A stretch of DNA of 36,755 bases from Macrostomum lignano (Eukaryota), in contig NIVC01002496.1 in assembly GCA_002269645.1 (NCBI GenBank), positions 1 to 36,755 on the forward strand, read 5' to 3'. A model generated the notes under the pieces. The model was not told where the DNA came from and did not search any database. It was given only the letters and a program-made list of their open reading frames with translations. The position numbers and the translations under genes were made by a program. Positions 1 to 12,501 of the stretch are shown one piece after another. Position 1 is the stretch's first letter. Each line of letters begins with the position of its first letter.

Positions 1-440
1 GGCTGCGGGCCGGTGCTGCGCCTTTTCAGCTGGCAGGTCTGGCACTCCTGGCAGAAACTCACGCGTCGCTCTGCACCCCAGGCCAGTACGCGGTCTGCTT
101 CAGCGTGTCGGCCATTTTCTCCGGTCCGAAGTAGCCGCCGATGCCCTCGTGAAAGTCAGTGAGGAACTGGCGCCGCAGCGACTCCGGAATCACAGGCACC
201 TTCCTCGGTCCCGCAGCGTCGTTGAAGGCGCAACAGAGAAGGCCGTCTTAAATCCGCAACTTCCGCCAGATGCGGTTGCGGTTGCCGCATCTCTCGGTTG
301 GACACCTGCGGCTACAGCTCTGTTGCCGAGGCTCCAAGCGTCTCGCAATGGCCCTCGTGCATCCTCGACGTTGTCGACGCCCTTTGTGTACTTGATGGTG
401 AAGGTGATTTCCAATTCCAATAATATTGGTAATAACTGCC
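1..440 (-). mobile_element. Degenerate Ty3/Gypsy LTR-retrotransposon pol fragment (RNase H C-terminus plus integrase zinc-binding domain), truncated by window start
   Basis: Manual minus-strand translation. FTIKYTKGVDNVEDA (402-358) resembles the RNase H-end motif F.I.Y..G..N..AD. In another frame: WRKLRI*DGLLCCAFNDAAGPRKVPVIPESLRRQFLTDFHEGIGGYFGPEKMADTLKQTAYWPGVQSD, then a frameshift at ~63 into VSFCQECQTCQLKRR. This matches the integrase H2C2 pattern (P..LR..L...H...GH.G..K.......YWP.M..D...C..CQ). In-frame stop at 248-250. Confidence 0.8.
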
Positions 441-3400
441 AATAAGGCATAAAACCATTACATGTATGTACTTACATGCTTTCATATATTCTTAAAGGAT
501 TCTATTGAAGGGAACATGCACTTATAATTTGCTGATTTAGCTATATATTCAAAAGAGGAACTGCGTATACTCAAAAAGGTATATGAACATGCACATGTAC
601 ATGTTATTTAATAGGAGCTTTTCAGGCGCTTTTTTATTTAAAACCCTTTAATTCTGCAGATGGAGTTAACACCCGAGCTCAAATCCCCCAAATTTCCAAA
701 ATATGTACACACATGTATGCAAGTGGAAGGAATATAATTACAAATTAGACACACTGTAGAAATAATTGTAAATTTATACAAGCATGCAACCTCTTATGAT
801 AAAGCTAAGCTCGTATTCTTTTTAAACGAATACATTAAGGTCAGTTAATATATGTACACGGGAGACACGGGCACTCGTACATTACAGTACATCTGCTTTT
901 GCATGTAGAATCCTATATGCTATTTGCTTTTAAGTTTCCCCCAATAATTCCAGATTTTTAGTCACTAATGTCGCCGTTAAGAGACATCTTTTTAGGTACT
1001 TGTGCGAAAGTTTGATTAAATTTCAATTTTAGCTTCTGACTTCGGTTTATAACTTCGCGAAAATCGTTGCCATAGAACTATTAAGTTTCATAACGAAACA
1101 CAAAATTTAGCGTGGTAAATCAAAATATTTCTCTTAAAGTAAGAACGAATTTGTTAACGAATTTAACATACTTATTAGGGCTTATTAATGCTTAATTTAT
1201 ATTATATTATCGGTTTTTAGCCAGAAATTATTTGGTATACAAGTTGACAATGAACCCATATTCGTTTGAATTATTTAACTATGGCTGGGTTAATTTCATG
1301 CAAAATATCACACAAGAAGCATTAGTTTGTCTAGCGTTTATTGACACGGTATTACAAGCCCTTTTTTGTTTATCATTCATTTAAGACACTTGCTGCGATT
1401 ACTGCGAACAATTTTTCAAGTCGTAGAATACCGGCAGAGAAATTCCTCATCCACGGGAAAAGGGGTAGGTGACTTACTTACTATTTCGTTTAAAAATATA
1501 TAATACATTGTACAAATTCACTTGCATTTTTATTAAAATACAGGAATTTATCATCTGTATGCAGAGACCTAATACAGTTTCGCTTGATATAACACGTACC
1601 TTACTCCTGACATACTTGATGGGTAATCTGTGACCAGGCCCCATTACATTAGCTATTTCGATTTAAACATAGTGAGCTGCAGAAAATATTTTTCAAAATT
1701 TAAACAATTGCGTTTTTTACTCGTTTTCCATAACTTTTTCAACTAGTTTAATTTAATTAACACCCAATCTAAAAATCTTTGCACAAAAACATGTAATTTA
1801 ATATCCAGTCCAGATAGTCCCAGACACATTAGCTTTCATTAAGTTAGTCGATGCTTTTATAAATTTTTTAGTTATTGGTATAAAAACTATAAGCACGTTT
1901 CAATAAATGCTGCTAGTTACCCTAAATAACTCAAAACAAAAAGTTTAGTACAAAATAATTTGTACGAAAAATAACCATTTTATAATGTTTTCAAGTCAGG
2001 TTGAATCAGGCTTCAAACAAAAAACAACTTTGCCTTTTGCTAAAGATAATTTTTAGTTGACAGCTATAAATTGTAGCCAATTGTGTCCTCAGACTTACAA
2101 AAGATTATAGTCGATAATTGGTGCTTTGAGTTCCTATTCAGTTTTAAAAGTCATATCATGTTAATTATTTCTTTGTACAATAGGTCCAAACAGAAAAAAA
2201 TACCATATAATTTTTAACAGGAGCAGATTCGGGTGACTGCTCGATCGAATTACTTATGAATATAAAAGCAATAAAATGCTGAAGAATAAAGAAAGCATTA
2301 AATGATATAAACTACTAAAACATAGAGATTATGAAACTTGCAAATCTGCACATTTCTTTTGGTGGCTGTTTTTTCGCAATGTTTTATTAGCTAGATTGTG
2401 ACAGGGATGACTCGATCAGGTTTTCTAAGCATCAAATTTACAATATCCCAGCTTCTAAATTCCATATTGCAAACGTAAATAAAACAATTAAAATGCGGAA
2501 CATTAAAATACAGTTGTATTGTATCGAAGCATATTTATACAAGTATATTTATACAAACAATACATGTTTTGCAAACCTGTTAAGAGTTTCACCATAGAAA
2601 AACTGAGTTAATAAATATCCGTTTAAAAATACATTAAAGGAAAAAGAGAATTAGCTGAATTTCACCGGAACTTTGACCTAATAACCTCGTGAATTATTGT
2701 AGCCTCAGAAGAAACGCATAAAGAATGATTCCGGAAGGTTTTGATATTCACAAAACTACTTAAATTGTGAAGAATGTGAATTTAGTGCTAATACTCGTAT
2801 CGCAGTTTTCTGTGCTGAGGAACTTGCAATTTGGAAATGCCATCGGAGACCGGCAAGCAAGCAAAGTTCCAGATAAATTCCAGCTGTCCCTGTCTCTGTA
2901 GTTCATTTCTCCAAGCCTGGATTCTTCTCTACCGGATTTGTCTATGGTAAAACCCCATTCAGCGCTTTGCGTAATCCGTTAAAAAACAGCTGTATATTCT
3001 GTTCATGAGTGCAGGGTTCCGCCCGTAGCACTGTTCGGTTCGGTTTATCCAATGGGGCGCTCGCAGCGATGCCATTGGCCAGTGCAGCAGCAGTTGCCGT
3101 TGATAAATAGTTGCCCATCTCACAGTGGCCTCCCCAAGTCTCCCTGCCCCAACTCAAGCTGCGTGCACTTCTCGAACTCAACTCGCTCGTCTGTTATCAT
3201 CTCGGCCGAAGAAGCAGCTGAGAGTCAGTCTCCAAGCACTCTTGAGCACTCTTAGCTTTGAGAGTAGCCGGAGCCGACTTTTGCCAGCATCCGTTCTACA
3301 GCTCCATCCGAAAAGCCTTGTCGTTTCTTTCTCGAACTTTGGTATAGTTCGGGAGACTTGCAGCCCAGAATCCAGGCACCCCGGGCGCTCAGTTTGACTC

Positions 3401-4277
3401 GAATCGGGAAGCCCAGATGTGGTTGTCAAGCCAGTATAACTCGCAGCCAAATCAAGATGCTCAACGAAGGAAGCCGAGGTAATAAATAATAAAAAACTTG
3501 TGGGAGCTGGTTTTCCTACTGGATACGCAGGATCGGCTGAGTCTTAGCAACTTTGATAACTCAATAAATTTAAGCTGCTGAGGCAACGCCATCCTTATCG
3601 ATTTGAGCTCCCTTGTCGGCTAAGATATCGCGACCGATTTTGCAGCAATTTGTACTTTCTGATCGCCTGGAATCAGCTGACTAACCAATTCACACCTTCC
3701 TTCCTTCATCTCGTCCTGCCAACCCCCCCCCCCCATGGAAGCTGCCACCCCGCCATTCCAAGCACGCTCGACTGCCTCCTCTGCTGCTGCTGCCGCAGCC
3801 GCCGCAGGCTGGCCGGACAGCCGCAGCGGCCTCCGCTGGCCCACCGGGCGACTGCGGCTGCAGCAGCTGCGGCTCCGCTGCCGTGCCAGCGTCTGGGCCA
3901 GCACCGGTGCCAATACCTGTGCCAAAACCTGCGCCAGCAACTATGCCGTCAGTCAGTTTGAATTGGCGCCAGCAGCGGACCAGGTATCGAACCGTTTGGT
4001 TCCAAATTCCAATGGCCGCAGAGATCGGCTCTCCATAGAGCAGACCTCCCATAGCTACAAGTCAATTATTAGCTTATCTAAAAATTAGCGTTGTAATTGC
4101 CCGGCTGTCAAGGACTGCTATTGAGTATAGAATTTGACTGGAAACTGTCACAATAAAATCTGGAGAGATGTTTTCTATAAACTAACCTCTCTAAGCTGAT
4201 GGCACTTACATTATTTTGCATCCTTGTTCCGAAGAGGGAGACTGACAATTGGACTGCTGCAGTTTGACTGCCGAAGA

Positions 4278-4516
4278 TTTAGGTTTAGGTTTAGGTTTAG
4301 GTTTGGGTTTTGGTTTAGGTTAGGGTTTAGGTTTAGGTTTAGGTTTAGGTTTAGGTTTAGGTTTAGGTTTAGGTTAGGGTTTAGGTTAGGGTTTAGGTTT
4401 AGGTTAGGGTTTAGGTTAGGGTTTAGTTTTAGGTTTAGGTTTAGGTTAGGGTTTATGTTAGGGTTTAGGTTTAGGTTTAGGTTTAGGTTTAGGTTTGGGT
4501 TTATGTTTAGGTTAGG
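4278..4516 (+). repeat. Interstitial telomere-like hexamer array, mostly TTTAGG with interspersed TTAGGG (~40 units)
   Basis: Read directly; hexamers stay in register, which explains the FRFRLG ORF 4224-4547. Confidence 0.95.
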
Positions 4517-6087
4517 TTGGCAGTCAATTATGGGTAGATCCTTCTGAAGATGGTAAATTAGTACATGATTAAAAAATCGGCCTCAAAAAGATTTCCCGGA
4601 AATTCCAAGTTGCTGAGGGTTTTCCTTCTACTGTGACTATAAAAAGAAGTCCTTGACAGCTCCGTGTAATAACTTAATTGTCGTGCATTGTGTGAATATT
4701 TGTGCAATTTGTGCACCCACAGAGAGGGCGGCTGAAACAGTTATAAAAATCCGTATAATAGCTGGTCTCTGTATATACCGAATATGGGGCTCATTGATAA
4801 TGGAGATCAAGGACACAATGATGCCCATCAGTTTATTAAGATATCTGCAAGTATATTAATTGCTTTCAATTCAAGCTTCAATCAATGTACATCAGAATAC
4901 ATTCAAGTACATTGGGATGCCCTCAATGTACATTGAATGCCTTAAAGCACTGGAACTATAATACACTCACACCCCTGCACTGCAGTTGGCTATTTATTGG
5001 AGTTATGGATTATATAAATAACTCGCATACACAGGCAAATATTTTCTGTTTCGCTTCAATCCCGCTTTATTTTTTGTGCATAAAAAGTCAGTTTTTTCAT
5101 TTATAGCAATGCATGAAATCCCTATTTATGCACCGTTGCTGCGGTGAAGTCAGCCAGCCCGCATGCGGCTTATTTTTGTTGAAGAATCTTTCAAAAGCAA
5201 AAAGCAGAAGCAGAAAGCAAAAAGCTTTCCTACAGAGCCAAATGCGAGTATTAAGTCCCAAGGTATTATCCCATGCCATTAATCCCGCATTTCAGAGCTC
5301 ACTAACAAGTTGAACAATTCCAAAGCTCATCCGACGCAGTACAGGTGAAGTCGTAAATTCGAATCTAACTTGCCCCCCCTCCATGTGGACTTCCTACTTA
5401 CTAACTATTCGAACTAGCTTCTTCTTCTATCGAGTTAAAAATATTTCTATTTATAGCTTTCATCTCGGGGAAACACCGTGTGCCCCATCTTGTTCGGCCT
5501 TCAATCTGTATAGAAGTGTGCAGACCTGACTGTAAGCCTAATTTAAACATGTATTCGACTACCCTTTTGAAGTGACTTCTTAAGAGTTCTTTTGATCTCT
5601 CTCTGTCGTAGCTATGTAGACTTTTTTGTGGGTTAGAACTGGCTAAGGAGGTCTTGAGTTATGCTATGGCGTGAGGATCTTGCCGAGTTCCTCTTTCCCT
5701 TGGCTCTACGCTCGTATAAATACTTGGTTATTACTAATTACTATTGTTAGGTATTGACACAATGACCGCTAAACGGAAATGCATTGGATAGGATTTTTAA
5801 CTTCTGCATACCAAAGATATAATATACGAGCTAATAACGATAATTGGGTTGGGATCTTGTATTATCCTGTCAATATTTTCTTTGGCTTAATAAAATTTGC
5901 AGCTATGGACTTTTTAAATTCAAGATTTCCCTAAATATTCAACTGTTTTGCACTATAAGTTTTCGCCACTTAGCGCGCCTGCTATCTTCGCCTAAATTGA
6001 TGTTGTTCCACCAGCGCTTGTAGCCTGCTCTCTGTCAGTGCTTTATTTGAAAGCAAAAACTGCAGTAAAATTAAAATTAAAATGTAA

Positions 6088-6333
<246 letters not shown>

Positions 6334-6361
6334 TAGCAAACAATTCCCCGCTCTGACTTCT

Positions 6362-7117
6362 TGAGCTTGTGAATAATTCCCCTCACCCTGAGCTTGTGAA
6401 TAATTCCCCTCACCCTGAGCTTGTGAATAATTCCCCTCACCCTGAGCTTGTGAGCAATTCCCCTCACCCTGAGCTTGTGAATAATTCCCCTCACCCTGAG
6501 CTTGTGAATAATTCCCCTCACCCTGAGCTTGTGAATAATTCCCCTCACCTTGAGCTTGTGAATAATTCCCCTCACCCTGAGCTTGTGAATAATTCCCCTC
6601 ACCCTGAGCTTGTGAATAATTCCCCTCTCCCTGAGCTTGTGAGCAATTCCCCTCACCCTGAGCTTGTGAATAATTCCCCTCTCCCTGAGCTTGTGAGCAA
6701 TTCCCCTCACCCTGAGCTTGTGAATAATTCCCCTCACCCTGAGCTTGTGAGCAATTCCTCCCACCCTGAGCTTGTAAATAATTCCCCTCACCCTGAGCTT
6801 GTGAATAATTCCCCTCACCCTGAGCTCGTGAATAATTCCCCTCACCCTGAGCTTGTGAATAATTCCCCTCTCCCTGAGCTTGTGAGCAATTCCCCTCACC
6901 CTGTGCTTGTGAGCAATTCCCCTCACCCTGAGCTTGTGAATAATTCCCCTCACCCTGAGCTTGTGAGCAATTCCCCTCACCCTGAGCTTGTGAATAATTC
7001 CCCTCACCCTGAGCTTGTGAGCAATTCCCCTCACCCTGAGCTTGTAAATAATTCCCCCCACCCTGAGCTTGTGTAAAAATCCCTCACACCTCACCCTGAG
7101 CTTGTGAATAATTCCCC
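6362..7117 (+). repeat. 27-bp minisatellite TGAGCTTGTGAATAATTCCCCTCACCC, ~28 copies, CDKL intron 1
   Basis: Read directly; produces the artefactual ORFs 6333-7094 and 6369-7076. Confidence 0.95.
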
Positions 7118-7483
7118 ATGCCCCACCCTGATCTTTTGAACAATTCCTCCAAGCTGTTGAATAATCCCCCCAAGTTAATGAAAAATTCCCATGCTAGTTC
7201 CCCACTGAGCTTGTAAATTCTCCATCAGAGTCAGACTCATCCATTTCAGGTGTCGTGCTCAATGAACTTCTATCTTACCGAATCTTATATCAATGTCACT
7301 TCGAATCTTCAAATTTGAAGTTTTACGGTCCCAACCCAACTGCACTGCATCTATTAAACATTTTTAATTAGCCACTCATTAAAAATGCAGGGCTGGCGCC
7401 ACCTAGCCTCTCCCTCCACCCCCACTCAGATGTAATTAAAATTATGGTTATAATTTATACATGATCATCATGATCATGTACAT

Positions 7484-7639
7484 GCGCAACTTTGGGAATC
7501 GCCCGGCCGTTTCTATTGGCAACACACACATGTAAGTCGCTATTGGCTGAGAGCAGTCACGTGACTACTATTCCGTCCAATAGCGACTTACATGTGTGTG
7601 TTGCCAATAGAGGCGGCCGAGTGAATCCCAAGGTTGCGC
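7484..7639. mobile_element. 156-bp imperfect palindrome (fold-back/MITE-like element)
   Basis: Arms of ~63 bp are reverse complements, including a perfect ~35-bp match (CCAATAGCGACTTACATGTGTGTGTTGCCAATAGA). Central palindrome AGTCACGTGACT at 7555-7566. The palindrome is certain; the MITE label is inference. Confidence 0.6.
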
Positions 7640-7931
7640 CCAAGCATGGTTATAAAATCAAGTAATTATTTCTAGACCTCGGCGCATCAACTGCTACCTT
7701 GCTGATGACAGCTGATTAAAAAACTCAAATTTTAATGGCTGGCATTTACGAGTATGCATAATCTCGCATGCGCACATCGATGATACGAAAGAGCATTTAA
7801 TTAATGCCTATCTTTATTGCCTGTGCGTCTGCCTGCCTGTCAATCTGCTCTACCATCTTAGTCTTGGCTCACTAATTAGTATGAGTTGTGCAATTGTAGA
7901 GTGAACTCCCCTGGAACCCCCATGGACTTTT

Positions 7932-8700
7932 GAATGAACTGCCCCCATAGACTATAGGGTTGGAGTGCACTGCCCCCATAGACTATAGGGTTGGAGTGAA
8001 CTGCCCCCATAGATCCTATAGGGTTGGAGTGCACTGCCCCCATAGACTATAGGGTTGGAGTGAACTGCCCCCATAGATCCAATAGGGTTGGAGTGCACTG
8101 ATCCCCATAGACTATAGGGTTGGAGTGCACTGATCCCCATAGACTATAGGGTTGGAGTGCACTGCCCATAGACTATAGGGTTGGAGTGCACTGATCCCCA
8201 TAGACTATAGGGTTGGAGTGCACTGCCCCATAGACTATAGGGTTGGAGTGCACTGCCCCATAGACTATAGGGTTGGAGTGCACTGATCCCCATAGACTAT
8301 AGGGTTGGAGTGCACTGCCCCATAGACTATAGGGTTGGAGTGCACTGATCCCCATAGACTATAGGGTTGGAGTGCACTGCCCCCATAGACTATAGGGTTG
8401 GAGTGCACTGATCCCCATAGACTATAGGGTTGGAGTGCACTGATCCCCATAGACTATAGGGTTGGAGTGCACTGATCCCCATAGACTATAGGGTTGGAGT
8501 GCACTGATCCCCATAGACTATAGGGTTGGAGTGCACTGATCCCCATAGACTATAGGGTTGGAGTGCACTGCCCCATAGACTATAGGGTTGGAGTGCACTG
8601 CCCCCATAGACTATAAGGTTTGAATGAACTGGAACTATAGGGTTGGACTGTTGGAGTGAACTGCCCCCATAGACAATAAGGTTGGAGTGAACTGCCCTCT
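7932..8700 (+). repeat. 30-32-bp minisatellite (G[AT]CCCCATAGACTATAGGGTTGGAGTGCACT), ~24 copies
   Basis: Read directly; unit length varies in the C run or by an AT insertion. Confidence 0.95.
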
Positions 8701-9484
8701 GAACTGCCCTCACAGACCTAGCCTCTATAAGCAGCTCTGTGCGCTCGGTGAAACCCGATTCGGTACAGAAGCCTTCTCTACGTTTATCGATTTTGAGGTT
8801 CGAGGGGATAAAGCGAAGGATTATTCGTATTAATGCATGCTGAATAATAAATATGGGCGGCTCCCAAGCTCAGGCAGAGGTGCAGGATAGGCACTACTGT
8901 CAGTTGCCAGGGTTCTGGATGGGAGGGGAATTCAGTGTTGCAGTCTCGAGTTGCTTCTGTCGTTTCCTAGCAACCAAATCTGCCTCGCGCGCTTTCTCTT
9001 TTCTTTCTGCCCTGACACTGGATAACTCCCTTCTCCTAATCCTCAGCATCCCCCACCTACCTGAGCCAAGGCTCCTCATCACCGAGTCCCCAGTTTGTAC
9101 TTCTGTCTCTCTCTTCCCTCTCTGTCTTCCTGCAGCGCTTCGTCCCTTCGCCCCCCCCCCTTCTGAGCCTCGTGCACGCAACGGGCTCGATAAATCCCCA
9201 CATTTTTTACCTTGGCTTTTTTCTCCGAGCTCTCTCTCTCTTCCTCAGCGTCCAATCCAGGTTTTTTCTCTGGATTGAAGGAAGGCCCAACTAATGCTAT
9301 AGCAATAGCGAATGTGGGAGTCCCTGATTGGCAGCGGGGAGTTTTCCCACTTTTTCCAACACAAGCAAGTTGAAGACCATTTTTTCGCCGCAAAATAAAT
9401 TTGCTAGATTAGGGCAAATCATTGTTATGGGTCTAACTTAAGTCTGTCAAATGTTTAAATTGATTTTTATGCCGGATTAACTGA

Positions 9485-9751
<267 letters not shown>

Positions 9752-9820
9752 TGAGTAATGAAGGTCCCGGGTTCGATTCTATTGCATTGATTGTCGATTC
9801 TTGTTGCCATCCAATTTCAG

Positions 9821-9893
9821 CATGGACCGAGGCCAGATTCGCAAGATCACCTACCAGCTGCTGGATGCAATCAGCTTCTGCCACTCGCATAAT
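9821..9893 (+). CDS. CDKL1: CDKL1-like exon 3 (73 nt)
   Basis: Acceptor TTTCAG|; (G)MDRGQIRKITYQLLDAISFCHSHN; donor AAT|GTGAGC, phase 0. Confidence 0.95.
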
Positions 9894-9902
9894 GTGAGCG
9901 TG

Positions 9903-10193
9903 TGGGGGCACTGCTGGGGGCACTGCTGGGGGCACTGCTGGGGGCACTGCTGGGGGCACTGCTGGGGGCACTGCTGGGGGCACTGCTGGGGGCACTGCTG
10001 GGGGCACTGCTGGGGGCACTGCTGGGGGCACTGCTGGGGGCACTGCTGGGGGGCACTGCTGGGGGCACTGCTGGGGGCACTGCTGGGGGCACTGCTGGGG
10101 GCACTGCTGGGGGGCACTGCTGGGGGCACTGCTGGGGGCACTGCTGGGGGCACTGCTGGGGGGCACTGCTGGGGGCACTGCTGGGGGCACTGT
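9903..10193 (+). repeat. 12-13-bp G-rich minisatellite GGGGG(G)CACTGCT, ~24 copies, CDKL intron 3
   Basis: Read directly; source of the GHCW/GALL/PPAV ORFs. Confidence 0.95.
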
Positions 10194-10229
10194 TAAACTA
10201 TACATATTAATGTAAATTTCCTACCTTGA

Positions 10230-11099
<870 letters not shown>

Positions 11100-11117
11100 T
11101 GATCCGTTTGTACTTTT

Positions 11118-11913
11118 GGGGGCACTGTTAGAGTACTGTTGAGGGCATTGTTAGAGCACTTTTGAGGGCATTGTTAGAGACTGTTGAGGGCACTGTTAGA
11201 GACTGTTGAGGGCACTGTTAGAGACTGTTGAGGGCATTGTTAGAGCACTTTTGAGGGCATTGTTAGAGACTGTTGAGGGCACTGTTAGAGACTGTTGAGG
11301 GCATTGTTAGAGCACTTTTGAGGGCATTGTTAGAGACTGTTGAGGGCACTGTTAGAGACTGTTGAGGGCACTGTTAGAGACTGTTGAGGGCATTGTTAGA
11401 GCACTTTTGAGGGCATTGTTAGAGACTGTTGAGGGCACTGTTAGAGACTGTTGAGGGCATTGTTAGAGCACTTTTGAGGGCATTGTTAGAGACTGTTGAG
11501 GGCACTGTTAGAGACTGTTGAGGGCACTGTTAGAGACTGTTGAGGGCACTGTTAGAGACTGTTGAGGGCACTGTTAGAGACTGTTGGGGGCACTGTTAGA
11601 GACTGTTGAGGGCACTGTTAGAGACTGTTGAGGGCACTGTTAGAGACTGTTGAGGGCACTGTTAGAGACTGTTGGGGGCACTGTTAGAGACTGTTGAGGG
11701 CACTGTTAGAGCACTGTTAGGGGCACTGTTAGAGCACTGTTAAGGGCACTGTTAGAGCACTGTTAAGGGCACTGTTAGAGCACTGTTGAGGGCACTGTTA
11801 GAGCACTGTTAGGGGCACTGTTAGAGCACTGTTAAGGGCACTGTTAGAGCACTGTTAAGGGCCCTGTTAGAGCACTGTTAAGGGCCCTGTTAGAGCACTG
11901 TTAGGGGCACTGT
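11118..11913 (+). repeat. 22-23-bp minisatellite TTGAGGGCACTGTTAGAGACTG and variants, CDKL intron 5
   Basis: Read directly; variant blocks (GCACTT early, TTAAGGG late). Confidence 0.95.
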
Positions 11914-12501
11914 TGGTTTACACAGCTGCAAAGAAGTATCCTTTTTTTCAAAGTCAAAACCCCTCACAGGAAAAATTGTTATTGAATGAATTGCTGCTAT
12001 AGTTTAAGAAATTTTTATAACCCTTGACTGATTCTCAGTTGGCTTTGCAACTTTTCTTTACAACTTTCTACCTAAAAATTATTTTTACAATCCAAAAATT
12101 CTCGCAAGTTTTACAATTTTTTAAGCTGCTGGTACGAAACAGTAAAGAAGGTTTTCTTTTGAAGAATAGTTTTATTACACTTATGACTGACACAGATCTG
12201 AATGGCTAGTAAAAGTTTTCGGCGCCAATTCAAGGGTAATTTTGTCTATATCTTCGTCCCAGAGGCGCAGGCACGGGGTGTCTGTTAAGTCAGGCCCCAT
12301 GTGAACTGATTTTCCATTTCTCACACAGTTCATGTTTGAGTGGCAACTCTCATGTATTCTTGAGTGACATTAGAGATGGCAGCCACTGACAATTTGTAGG
12401 TTTTTGTTTGCTGTCTCTGCTCGTCTCTAATTTTTTAGAAGAAAAAAGCAAAAGTTGCTTCTTTTGTTATTGCTTTAAGGCAATCCGCTTTTTATCTGCT
12501 C

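Noticed and set aside
190-450. HECT-like reading of FTIKYTKGVDNVEDARGPLRDAW
   Set aside because: The adjacent integrase zinc-finger remnant makes the Gypsy RNase H end motif the better explanation.
450-2900. AT-rich stretch with a DNA-transposon-like feel
   Set aside because: No terminal inverted repeats, TSDs or transposase remnants could be identified by eye.
2942-4088. Cluster of short GC-rich ORFs, some Ala/Gly-rich
   Set aside because: No recognisable domain or consistent splice structure; possibly decayed TE or gene sequence, but unsupported.
8853-9393. Charged minus-strand ORFs in CDKL intron 1, and the similar GC-rich block at 21200-21810
   Set aside because: No identifiable motif; only a 10-bp word (CGGCTCCCAA) is shared, too little to call a repeat family.
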